64,000 bases of DNA from Lama glama (lineage: Eukaryota): NCBI GenBank assembly GCA_028534125.1, contig CM052816.1:88662001-88726000 (forward strand). Reading direction: 5' to 3'. The notes beneath the pieces are model-generated. The model worked only from the letters and a program-made list of their open reading frames with translations. It made no database searches and was not told the origin of the DNA. Positions 24,612-36,582 of the stretch are shown piece by piece. How positions within the stretch are numbered: the first letter of the stretch is position 1; every line of letters begins with the position of its first letter. The position numbers and the translations under genes were made by a program.

Positions 24612-25652
24612 TTTATGACGGGAGAAGAGTCTGATCTTAGAGGTAGATTAGGAACTGGATTGGGTATGCAACAGTACAGTTACTGTTAGAGCATGATGAT
24701 AAAAATAAGATACAGTCATAAAATTAAATGTTCTGTGTTGACAGATTCAAAGAGAGGAAGACAGGGAGACACAGAGAGAAAGATCTGGTAGACATACATA
24801 CATAAATGTGCTCAGCCAGTAGATTACATACGTAAAATTATATGTGCTAGATTCTTTCCTCTTTTCTTTTCCCCTTATCTTCATTAGGGAAACATTAAAA
24901 GTATATCTAAAAAGAAATATTTTTTTGATCATTGTAGTAAAACCATTTGTAAAAGAGCTGTTACAGGGTACAGTTCAGGAGTTGCTTTTCTGGTATTGAT
25001 ATACCTGCAAATCTCTGTGCTGTATATACATATTTACTGTAGTATCTAAATTATAAAAAATATGAGCCCTAATAATCAATTAGCATTTTTTTAAACCAGA
25101 TCTCTTCAGCAAGGCATTTCTGAGAATTCCTGCGTGGTATCTGCACAGTCACAATGTCTATACAGGTGTGTGTGTGTTTCCTCTGCCAGAAAGTTTTATT
25201 TGATCGCTGCTTTAACACATTGGGGTCAACACAGATTTCCATGGATTCGCAGACTGTGTTGCTCTTCCCCGTGCAAAATTTTCACCAAAATTGAACACAA
25301 GCCACTTCTGTCACTGATCAGAACTTAGTCTATACTTGACTGCAATTTTTAAAAAAACTTTTCACAAAACTTTTCTGGAGACATAAGATATAAGCAAAGT
25401 AGAATACAAAAAGTGACTTCCCCTGGTAACGAAAGTGATTACTCTCAGGGCCTAAAGATTGAACAAATATCAAAATCCTTGGCAGTTTTTATATGTTCAG
25501 GGTCTGCTCAATTACATTCCATCAATCCATCAATTTTTTTTTTTTTGGTTTTAACTTAACTCTGAGTCCTCTATTCATCAGATTCTTAATATCTGTGTCC
25601 TAACTCCCAAAGCTTCAATAATGAGGGAGATCCTTTAATTATTACATAAGGA

Positions 25653-25809
25653 CCTGTGTCACTAGTGACAGCTTTTGACTTAAAGTTTATTTTTTCTTAT
25701 ATAAACATAGTTACCCCTAGTTTCTTGTTTACCATTTGCACGGAATATTTTTATCCATCCCTTCAGTTTCAGCCTATGTGTGCCCTTATGCTTAAAAGGA
25801 TGATCTTGT
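25653..25809 (-). mobile_element. L1 ORF2 endonuclease fragment (inverted)
   Basis: ORF 25680-25868(-) contains FKHKGTHRLKLKGWIKIFRANGKQ, matching the L1 ORF2 EN motif (HRLK.KGWKKIF.ANG.Q). Confidence 0.85.
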
Positions 25810-25930
25810 TTATCACTGTTCTTGGAGTGATGGCTTCGCAAGAGTACACATATCTCCAAACTTATCAAATTGTATACATTATGTTCACTTTTTCTTTTAT
25901 GTCAGTTATACCTCAATAAACTCTTTAAAA
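25810..25930 (+). mobile_element. L1M (MB/MC-like) 3' terminus with poly(A) signal
   Basis: GTGATGGCTTC..ACATATCTCCAAACTTATCAAATTGTATACATT..ATGTCAGTTATACCTCAATAAA followed by an A-rich tail. Confidence 0.8.
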
Positions 25931-26411
25931 AATAAATAAGGAAAAGTACTTGCTTCTCTCAAATTCAAACGTTGTTCATTACTCTAAATGTGGGTGACAG
26001 CACAAATATTCATTTATTTCTGTGTCACACCCTCTCTCCTGTCTGCTGGGGATCACCAGACCTCCACATCTGGGAGACAGCATCATAGCACTGAACATAG
26101 TCTGAAATAATTCATCCTAAGTAGCACTATATGTGGGCCACCAGAAGTCTAGTCTAACTGCATATTAAAACAATGAAACTATGTTCTAACTCTTTGAAAG
26201 ACAGTCCTCTTAAAACTACACAAAAGCATATGGTGGCCTTATAGTTTTTGTTTTCATATATGCCTATGTATAGGTGCCCACCAAGGCTCGCATACTAGAA
26301 TAGGTGAATTTACATTTGTATGCATACCCTACCATTCTGCTGATTTTCCATAAAATAAATTAGGACTCCCAAGTTGAATTGATGCTTTCCTTGGTAGAAA
26401 CAGAAATAATG

Positions 26412-26816
26412 TGTTATGGGCTGATTTGTATCCTCATCAAATTTATATGTTGAAGCCTTGACTTCCAGTACCATAGAATGTGACCATATTTGGAGTCTTT
26501 AAAGAGGCAAATAAGTTAAAATGGGGTCATTAAAGTAGGCCCTAATCTAATGTGTTTGGTGGTGTTACGAAAAAGAAGAGGCTAGGACCCAGAGAGAGAC
26601 ACCAGACGTGCGCACACTGAGACAGCTGTGTGAAGACACAGCAAGGAGGAGACAGCCGTCTGCAAGCACGGAGAGAGGGAGGCCTGGGAGAATCCAGCCC
26701 TGCTGACACTTCCGTCTCAGACTTCTATCCTCCAGACTGTAAGAATTAAAAAATTCTGCAGGTTAAGCCTCCTAGACCATGGTACTTTGTTGTGGAAAGC
26801 TTAGCAAATTAGCACA
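26412..26816 (+). mobile_element. MLT1B-like solo LTR (MaLR), full length
   Basis: TGTTATGGGCTGA..TATGTTGAAGCC..AGAATGTGAC..GGCCCTAATC..CAGCCGTCTGCAAGC..CCTCCAGACTGT..TGGTACTTTGTT..AGCACA. TSD TAATG / CAATG. Confidence 0.9.
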
Positions 26817-26943
26817 CAATGACTAATAGATTTTGAATTGCAAATCTGTTGTGAAGTAACGATTATACTGGTGTTAACACTATTCAGCTGGTACCTTGCT
26901 CCCCTACATACAGATGATGATATATGAGGATAAATAAAAGAAT

Positions 26944-27451
26944 TGTTGCCAAAAAATTGGCCCCCATCCCTGATGAGCCAAATAACCCAGAAACAAAGTC
27001 TTGGAGCTTAGAAGAAAAGAGGCCATTTTATTGCTTTACCGGGCAAAGGGGACTCACAGCAGGCTTGTGCCTTCAAAACTGTGAGCCCGTCTTAGGGTTG
27101 GGGCTTCGTGATTATATAGTGAACAAACTGGAGAGTGAAAGGGGGTATCAGTCAACAAGAATCTCTGGTGAACTTCCTCCTGAATTTTGGCAAGTCTGTC
27201 CAGCATCATGGGACCATCCAGTGGTCTGGAGGGTCATCAGCCTGTGACCTTCTTTATCTAATCAGACTCATTAGGTGCCAGGAGGGACTTCGGAAGATCT
27301 GGTCACTCTCCTGAGGTGGTTGTCCCGTGACTCCCGTTCTAGGGGAATGACTCAGAATCCAAACATGATTGTCAATTTCAGTTGCCAGAGTGAGGTAAAA
27401 CAAAAAGGAAAATTAATAACTCCAACTCTAGCTCTAACTCTAATTGTAACA
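26944..27451 (-). mobile_element. ERV (probably ERV1-class) solo LTR, relatively young
   Basis: TG...CA ends with short terminal inverted repeat TGTTGC / GTAACA. On the minus strand, a TATA-like CTATATAA (~27112-27119) lies upstream of AATAAA (~27027-27032). GC-richer than flanks. TSD not clear. Confidence 0.65.
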
Positions 27452-28002
27452 ATTGTCTTGGGGCTGGGGACAATGTCTGGTTAGTCAGATTTGCTGACCA
27501 TTTTAAAAGCAAACGGCAAGTGTAAGGTGAGGAATTAGCCTAAGCCCAGCCATTTTATTACTTCTCTTTCAGAATTACTCTCTAAATTAAAGAAAAATTA
27601 ATTCCATTATCATGGACTCGTGCGCTTTAAAATCTGAATGAGTAGTTATACCAGAACTTTCTCCTGTAGGTTTGATAGAAACTTGAAACCCAGAAAGGTT
27701 TACATATTTGCTTTTTAAACAGTTTAAAATTTAATTGGCACCCTAGAGTTCAAAGTGATGCTTTAGACATGACAGTTAATTTCTCACTCAACTTCTACAG
27801 TGCTGACAAGGATGATTTTAATTTTCCCTTTATATAAAATTTTATACATGTTAAACAAGTAAATAAGTAAATAAAACTACCAAAGTCAAAACTGAGAAAA
27901 ATATCTACACAACCCAGTCTTTGAGGTGTTCTAGTCAATTTGGTCTTACTTCATAGAGTGTTTTTATTTTAAATATGCACAATATATAATTTTTCAAAGA
28001 AA

Positions 28003-28228
28003 CTAATAACAGCGTTTTTAGCACTTGCTGTGTATAAGGTCCTGTGCCAGTCACTCTGCAAATACTGTATGTAAACATCAGAACAAATATGTGCTATAGA
28101 TTTAGTTCTCCCAAATTGTAGATGTGGCAAAAGGGATTGAGAAAATTAAATTATTTGCCCAAGATTATATAACTAGTAATTAACAAATCCAGTATCAAGA
28201 GCTGTCAAATTCTAAATCTATGCTTCTA
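28003..28228 (-). mobile_element. MIR SINE
   Basis: TAATAACAGC..AGCACTTGCTGTGT..GTAGATGTGGCAA..GAGAAAATTAAATTATTTGCCCAAGATTATATAACTAGTAA. Confidence 0.65.
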
Positions 28229-28295
28229 AGTAGAACAAAATTTTTTTCAGAAGTATTTGCATGAAGGTGATTCCTAGATGATACATTTTAGACAT

Positions 28296-28430
28296 ATTGT
28301 ATTCATATAAATATTTATGTGCATATACACTATGCATATTTGTATGTATACTATGTACATAAGAACATATACACATATATGAAAATGTGTATCTATACAT
28401 ATGTATGTGCATGCACATATATGTGTATTT
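28296..28430. repeat. Degenerate (TA/TG/CA) low-complexity tract
   Basis: Directly visible. Confidence 0.8.
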
Positions 28431-28704
28431 ATTTGTACTTTCACATACATTAATGGGCTTATTTTTCTATGTAAGCATGGTACATTTTGGAGCCCTGGGA
28501 TATAGTCAAAGGGAAACATTCTAGAAAATAAAAAAAAATAATCAAAAGTCAGTTTAAGAATTTCACTTGCCCTCCTTGAGGTACCTTAGAGGATACTTCA
28601 TCAAAAATTACAACATTATATAAATCTTTCCTTCACTCTCAAATTAGTAGAACCCTTAAATTACTCTTGAGATCTTCCTAGACAGCCCAGGAAATAATGT
28701 ACTT

Positions 28705-28990
28705 TACCGCTTCAACTAATTAAAAGAAAAGCTCAATTCACTTGATGTAGAAAACTTTTGATAAAATTCCATGTGGATTTTGAGGTAAAAATTCCTAGAT
28801 TGCAAGAAATAGAAGAAAATATTTTTAACTTGACAAATGGCATCCACTGAAACCTACACCTCCTTAGAAGAGAAATGATAGATGTAGTTGCATTAAATTA
28901 AATAATACAATAAACTTACCTAATATCCTAGTTTTTGCAGTGTTGTCTGAGAGATCTGAAGCACCTAAAATTAAAAGGAATTAACAAGCT
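28705..28990 (+). mobile_element. Very old L1 (L1ME-like) ORF2 RT-region fragment
   Basis: TTGATGTAGAAAACTTTTGATAAAATTCCA..GAAATAGAAGAAAATATTTTTAACTTGACAAATGGCATC..AAACCTACA corresponds to the DAEKAFDKIQH region. Confidence 0.6.
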
Positions 28991-30243
28991 CTGATAGCCA
29001 ATTTATATATTAGATTTTGTTGAGCTGGGTTATTATAAATGCATAAAAATTATATGTTTATCTGAAGTATCCTTTGATTTGTGGTCAAAAATAACCAAAT
29101 CACAGTGGTGCTTACAAGAGCTGAAATGGGTGCCACAGAACAAAGCTGAGACATAAATCTAGTGAAATAAAATGTCAGCATCATTACTGGGTGTAGAGTA
29201 ACACAGAAGAACTGACACCTTGCCATTTGGTTTTCCTCTTTATTCACCAGCACGTCCTCAGCAAAGAACTGAGAGCACAATATCCTCTTGGAAGCTACAC
29301 TCAAAGAAACTGTGAGCCAATTGCTGTAACCTAGATGAGAGCTGAGGATTTGAAGAAAGTTTATTTGGAGGACACAGAGGTGTCTGAAATGGAAGAAGGA
29401 ACAAAAGTGTTTTTGTAGAAGGAAGAAGTAGAATCTTCATTCTGGGACTGGCAGAGTGGATCTGTAGTTCATGAATATTTGGAACATTAGGATGCTTCAA
29501 GTCTGAGCCAGTTGTGAAAGCATTTGATAATACTGTCCCATTGTCCTGAAGGTAATCATGAGGACTAGAGAGAGAGCCTTTAGAGAGGCAAGGAAGATTT
29601 AAAAATATTAGGGTAATATGCTTCTTATTCAAGAATGTGTAATTGTTAATTCTAAATATATTAACTCAACCAACACATTAAGAAGAAACTTGTTAAAGAT
29701 AATTAATTATTGAGAGATACTCAGGTGAGAAATATATCAGACCATTAGAGATGGTATATATAGATTTTAATGTTTGTTGGTCAGATCTTATCAAATACAT
29801 GTTATGATGGACAATTTTATTTGATGTTCTCAGTAATTCCCTATGGGGATTAGAAAGTTTCCATGTGAGTGGTTAAAAAAAAAAAAAAGAGAGAGATGAA
29901 AAGAAAAAAAAAACTGCTTTAATGATAAATTTCTCACTTGGATATATATAAGTCAAAAATTAGCTCTTGAAATAATCTGGCTATTAGTAGAAGTGCTTCA
30001 CACTGGAAGGATTATAGTTTTATACATATATATATATATATGTGCATAATATATATTTAAAGAGATTTAAGGAATTTCACACATTGAAAATTTGTAGAAC
30101 TCTAATAATATTTCGGAAGAATGTACCCCAAAGAGAAAAATGGAAACAAATAAATATAATACAATCAGTAACACATACCTGATCTCCACAAATCTCCACT
30201 TTTGACTTAATGATGAAGGAGCATAAAGGTGTTAGATCACCAA

Positions 30244-30705
30244 GTACATTCGTTTTCTAGGACTGCCATAACAAAGTACCACAAAATGAGTGGCTTAAAC
30301 AACAGAAATGTATTGTCCCACTGTTCTGGAGGCAAGAAGTATGAGATTAAGATGTCAGCAGGGTTGCTTCCTTCTGAAGTCTGTGAGGAAGAACTTTGGT
30401 CATCCCTCTCTCCTAGCTCTCACAGCTTGCTGGCAATCTTTAGTGTTGCTTGGCTTGCAGAAGCATTGCCATAATCTCTGCTTTCATCTTCACATTGTGT
30501 TCTCACTTTGTGCATGTCTTGTCTCCAAATTTCTCCCCATTTTCAGGTTACCAGTTACATTGTTTTGGAGCCTGCCTTAATGACCTCATTTTACTAAATT
30601 ATCTCTACAGAGACCCTATCTCAAAATGATGTCACATTCTGGGATACTGAGTATTAGGAATTCAATATATAAATTTTTGAAGGATGCCTATTATGCTCCT
30701 AAACT
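30244..30705 (-). mobile_element. MLT1C-like solo LTR (MaLR)
   Basis: CTAGGACTGCCATAACAAAGTACCACAAA..GTGGCTTAAACAACAGAAAT..TCTCTCCTAGCT..TTGCTGGCAATCTTT..TAATGACCTCATTT..GTCACATTCTG. Confidence 0.88.
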
Positions 30706-33700
30706 AGCAATAAATATCCTGTTGTCTATTTAAAGGGGGTGGGAGGACAGCATAATAGAAAGAGATCGGAAAAATCTTATGTCAGCAGTGTGGTTCCAGG
30801 ATGAAGCATGGATAATCCAATCCTCTTATAGGATTTAGACGTTGCGATATGTCATACTTCGACTGGTCATTGGAAGGAAACCATATTTTCTTTATAAAGT
30901 AAAATCAGAGAAAAGGCTCAGGGAATTTATGGTTCCACCTTTTGGGTTGTTAACAGAAAAAAAGATGACTCAGATCTAGAACCCATATTGTGGTTAACAC
31001 CTGCACTCCACATAAGGCTCTCATGGTTTTTCACTTTCCGCCAGTAAGAAATGCAAGAGGCTCATGGGAAAGAAGGAATAGGAGACAGAAGAACGTCTGT
31101 GGGATCTGGCAAGTTAGAGTCAAGTCAAGCCCATACTCCCATTGTGGAGATGAACAGCAATTCATTTTACAGATTATAATTTTGAAGAAGATGGTTTTCA
31201 GATGAGAAATAAACCATCACCTCTTTACTGAATTAGTGAAAAATTGAGGGTTCTAATCCAAAGAGCCAGTGCAAACTCCTTGGAGATGTCACTGAAGAGT
31301 CTCCCCAAACCCGTATTAACATTTGATGGCCTGAGCTTGTCTGACAAGGACCCTTCCGTACAGCCAGACGCTGCATGGGACACAGCTCCTGTAGTGCCTG
31401 TATTTAGTCATCAAAAGAAAGATCCAAGAGATGCGCTACCATGAAATTGCTTTCAGCCCGAAAATTAAGTTTCTATGCAAAGTAAAATAACACCTGTACA
31501 GTGCTATAATTATTTTACATTTCTTAGATTTATGTTATGGAAAGATCTTTGCACACCTTTAATTTTGCAATCTCCACTCTGCCAATTATATGTTTGGTAT
31601 GAGTCAAAAGTAGCCGTTTTGAAAGCTAAAGTAAATTCTAAGGATAAATGATCATATAGAATAGATCAAGAAAGTATAGAACTAAGCAAAAGGTACTTAT
31701 TAAAGATTGGCCACTTGTGCTTTTGGGAGAGAGCTAAAATGTAAGCCCCACTAATGCTGTCTCCCACTTCCAGCTACATAATAAGCAGCAATGAAAATTT
31801 TACAGGGTGGTCTTGAATTTCTTGGAACAGGAATTTTCCTGTAGATTTCTGTGTTTTCCTGGAGATAATAGTCACAGGAAATGTTCTTTTGTTGGCTACA
31901 TAGACGACTAATTTCGGATCTTTTCAATTATGTAAGTACTTCCTGAGTAGTTCATAGGTTTTTTTTTTTTTTTAAATGCATTATATATAATGGTATCTCT
32001 TAAAAAGCTTAACTTCTGATAATACAAAAGTGATCTCTGTTTTGCCAAGCAAGGACCTTGGTCTTAACAAGCTGATAGGAACCCTGGGGCAGTGTATGTG
32101 ACAGGCTCCAGGAAAGGCTCCTGCCCCCAGGCAGAGACCAATGCTTCACAAATATCTGGCTGTTAGGGATTTGTGTGCTCTGCATGGTTGTCTCTGTGTT
32201 GTCCTTGCAGTGGTAATGGTGGTGGTGGTTGTTAGGGAGAAGGTGACAAGCTAACCACAATCCTTTCACCATGTCCTGCCACATTTCTCAAAACCCACAG
32301 AGTTCTAGATGTGAATGTTGCTGGAGGTGTGGCGTCTTGGTGGCCAGACATTGATTTAGATTCACTTTCCCTTTTAGTAATAATATGCCCCTCTCTCAAG
32401 TGCTTAATAGAGCCCTAGGCATTTAATTCCCTTGCCAGACTATAGCATAGAGGTGACACAACATATTTACTAGGAAAATGAATAAACATTAAACTCACAC
32501 TAAAGTGCTGCCTCATCCATATATTTTTATTTAAACTCTTACTTTTGAGGGATGAGAAAATGAGAAAGCCATTTGTTGCTCCCTTAGGAATTTCCAAGAA
32601 ATAAAGCAAATTTAGCTAGTCGACCCCTACTAAATTCACAAAGGTTAACCCAAACGTATCTCAGTTCTTCAATTTCCCCACTTTCTAAATGCGTTTGAAA
32701 TCCTCTCTCACCATCTGCCCCAACAATCCAAGCCTTGAAAATGCATCTCCTATTCTGTCTGTCACAAAGTTTCCTGACTGGAATTTCCAAAAAGATTCTT
32801 GGGCTCACAAACTTAGTTGCTGGGTTTTTTTTCAATTTTTCAATCAACTTTTTGTTTTATTTCATGATTTGTAACTCCCTACAAACATAGCCATATAGGC
32901 AATTGAAGTCTAGAGAGTTTATGGAATACATACAATCCAACTCATCATTTACAACAAAATATTAGAAATCAGTTATCTTAGTTCAAGGATTAAATGCTTT
33001 CTACAAATCCTTTACTTTGTATAATTTCTACTGTTATTTATGAAATTTCTGATAAGGAAGTATACCATAGAAATATACACACTTAATAGGTTCAAGATAT
33101 TGTAAGTTCAGTTGCACATCTGAGCTATGAAATTAGTTATTTTTATTTTTATTGAATTATGACAATGTAATTTGTTATTAGAAATGCAAGGTATGTAAAA
33201 TACTCATGGTAATAGTTGTCTATTTACTTACAGAGTTCTGCCATAATAACAGAATTATGAAATTCTTCATTTATTGTGAAAAAGTAATCATATGAAATTG
33301 GAATTTGCTAATTACTGTCACTTTTAAACATATTTTCAGAAATAGAAAGCACAACAAGATTTTTTATTTTTCTAATTAATCACAACATATTGAAGCTGGG
33401 ATAAATGAAAACAAGTATTTGTTTATTCATTTATTCCATCACTCAAAATACTTCTAAAGGTTTTAAATTAGGCATCATTCCTCCTTCCATGAAGAGCATG
33501 GCCAAATGGGCAATACTCATTCATTCCTCTTGCCTTTAATTGAATTAATTAAATGCTCCCTCTTTATCCTTGTCTCAAAATGTTAACTTAGAACGTGAGA
33601 GGAAAATCTGTTAAAATGCTGGGAACTAGTTTTCAATCAAATCAGCCAACCACTGGCATTTTTTAGCCAGTGATAATACACTCCATGTCTCCATTTGGTG

Positions 33701-33715
33701 CATTCTCAACTAAAT

Positions 33716-33870
33716 CAGTAGTTTTTAACTTTGGCTGCACATTTGTATCATCTGGGTAGTGAGAGAGAGAGAGAGAAGGAGAGAGGAAATCATCTCTGGG
33801 TATAAATCCAGTATCTGTATTTTAAAAAAATCTTGCCAGGTTATGCTGATTGGCAGTTGAGAAGCACTTG
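33716..33870. mobile_element. MER5A-like hAT-Charlie element
   Basis: CAGTAGTTTTTAACTTTGGCTGCACATT..ATCATCTGGG..ATCTGTATTTTAAAAA..CCAGGTTATGCTGAT..GTTGAGAAGCACT. Confidence 0.7.
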
Positions 33871-36054
33871 CATGGTGGACAAAACAATGCTTATCAATTT
33901 AAACAGATATTCTGTAATTGCATGTCATCTAGCACATTTTTATGACCATATATTTCCTGGTTATCCTTTATAGCTATTAGTAACTGCTTTTATCTACCTA
34001 ATACAGATATCATGAGAATAATTGAAATTGTTTACAAACTTAAAATTAGAACATTTCTTTAAAATTACGAAATAAGCCTTAGCTATAATCATCAAGATAG
34101 TGACTAAAAAAGAAAATAAAAACAAAGTATGATTTGGTTTTATAATTGGCTCTTTAATAACACAAGACTGATTCTGCATATACACAGTAAAAGGCAACAG
34201 AAATCAGAATGTAAAGCAAATCTTTTTTGATTGGGGGAGTTTGCAAGAAATTATACAATCTATCAACAGTTATTACACTACTTCTGGAGAATAAATAACC
34301 TACAAGTAATCCTAATCCCAAACCGTATTGCCAAGTACCTTTTGGCCATCGTATTAGTTCCAAAGTGAATAGCAAATTGGATTATAAAGCTGGGCATATT
34401 TATAGCAGCATTTGATTTTAACTACACAGAGTGCACCTATTTACTCAGACATTATTTTAATATCTCAGTATCCATGGAAGGCTTAATACAAATCCTATTA
34501 AGAACTCTGTTGACAAGAGAATTTCCCAGTAGAAAAGTTAGTTCAAAGTAACATGTCAGCAAAGCAGTAACTACATCACTGTGCCTGGATTGGAAAAGGG
34601 AGAGAGGGATTCTGAATTATTTATCGGAGGATTAAAAAAAATTCTCTCAAAAGTCGACTAAATATAAGAAAGTGGTAGATTTTCATTTAATCATCAAATT
34701 ATTAAGGAAGTTATAAGTCCTGATTCTGTCTTTTTAGATTAATATGGCATAGTAGGCTAAAATATTAAATCATAATAACAAATATGGTTCCTAAATGACC
34801 ATTAGGAAGAGATAAAATAAGGGAGGAGTAGACCTACAGTAATATTAAATTACTGTTAAATATTTGATAATAAATCCTAAAAGATACAAGCTACTCTTCA
34901 CCTTTGGTATTGCAAAAAAAAAAAAGCGTTTAATTTCTATAGCATTTGAATTCTTGCATAACGTTATCTTGGCTCTCCATCTGCTTATTGTGATGGCTTT
35001 ATTATACTATAAAAACTTTGATTTCTCTAAATCTTACATGATTATAATAGTCTTTCATAATAAATCCAAAGAATAAGTTTTAGTATTTATATTATGATCA
35101 ATCTTTTAATCACTCTGTACTCTCAAATGCAGAGAAAAGGGCAATTAATGCAATCACACATGTAATACCATATGTTCAGTTAATCACTCTCTCATCCCAT
35201 ATGTAATTATATTGTGAAAGAAGTCTACTGAGAAATGTTAAAGACTTACAGAAATGTAAATACTTTATTTATACAGTTAGAACTAATTGGATTCTGAATA
35301 CTAATATCAACATAATATACATTTTCACATATAGATACTACTGTAAATTATATGTTATATAAGAAAATATTTGATAATAAATAAAAAAATAAAAGCAAAA
35401 CAGCTAATAAAAGTTGACGAAGAAAAATTGAGAAGGAACAAAAGAAATATGAGATAACTTCTTCATCTGAATTACTTTTTTACACTATTTTTTCCCTAGT
35501 TGTTTGAGTGAAATGGTAACATCTCTAGCCTGGGAAACTTATTCTATGGGTCAGCTCTGGATAAGGCAGCTGAATGATTTACACATAGTCATGATTTTAG
35601 AAGTTTAGAATCACGTCCCAGTTTTTTGCTCCCTTTTCAAACCTCTTTGTGCTATAATCCTACTGTTGTCTTGTTTAAATCTAAACTTTAAACTTTGGCT
35701 GTATTAGTACATAATGTCTGTGACTATTGGAGAGTGAATTTAGTTAACCATAGATACTTATTTAATGCCCAGGAGCAGGCTTTTTGACATATTTTCCATA
35801 TGAAATACACTCTTAGGAATTCACTGAAATTGCTCATGGCAGAGGTATGCACCTTCCCAGTGGCTGCTGGTGAGCTTCCTATTTAACAACTGCCACTACT
35901 TACATATTGTACAGCTACCATGGTAAAACTCATACCCAGTTTTCCTAACCATAATTAAATAATTACTAAGTTTTATGACTTTCTTCTTGTAGAAAATGGA
36001 ATACTTAAAAAAGTCATTATTGAGAAAACTTACTGTGAATCTGACATTGCACGT

Positions 36055-36582
36055 TGTGGTAGGCGGAAGAATGGCCCCCACAGGTGTCTGTGTTGCTGTC
36101 CCTAGAATTTATGTGTATGTTGCCTCATATGCATATGTTACTTTGTATGGATGTCATATGTCCAAAGGGACTGCAGATCTGATTGAGTACCTGCAGGTGG
36201 GGAGATTGTCCTGGATTATTCAGGTGGGTCCAGTCTAATCACATGCACCCTTAAAAGCAGAGAATCCTTCCTGGCCGTGATCAGAAAGGGAGATGTGACT
36301 ATGAAAGAATGGCCAGAGATGCAACTTTGTTGGCTTTCTTGGAGGAAAGGGGCCAGGAGCTAAGGAATGCAGGTGACCTCCAGAAGCTAGAGAAGTCAAG
36401 GAAGTAAATTTTCCTTTGTAGCCTCCAGAGAGGAACACAGCTTTTCCAACCCTTCAGTTTTAGCCCAGTGAGACCCATATCAGGCTCCTAATCTATATAG
36501 AACTATCAGATAATAAAACTGTGTTGTTTTTAGCTGCCACTTTGTGATGCTTTATTACTGTAGCAATATAAAAAAAATATAC
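36055..36582 (+). mobile_element. MLT1D-like solo LTR (MaLR), full length
   Basis: TGTGGTAGGC..AATGGCCCCCA..GGGGAGATTGTCCTGGATTATTCAGGTGGG..AAGGAATGCAGGTG..AGCCTCCAGA..TTAGCCCAGTGAGACCCAT..TAGCAATA. Confidence 0.9.

Noticed and set aside
29090..29630. Purine-rich block with ORF 29258-29632 as a pseudogene or ERV fragment
   Set aside because: No recognisable protein or repeat motif, poly(A) or TSD, so no call is supportable.
36112..36162. Short internal tandem duplication (TATGTT..CATATG) in the MLT1D LTR
   Set aside because: Ordinary slippage within a repeat.
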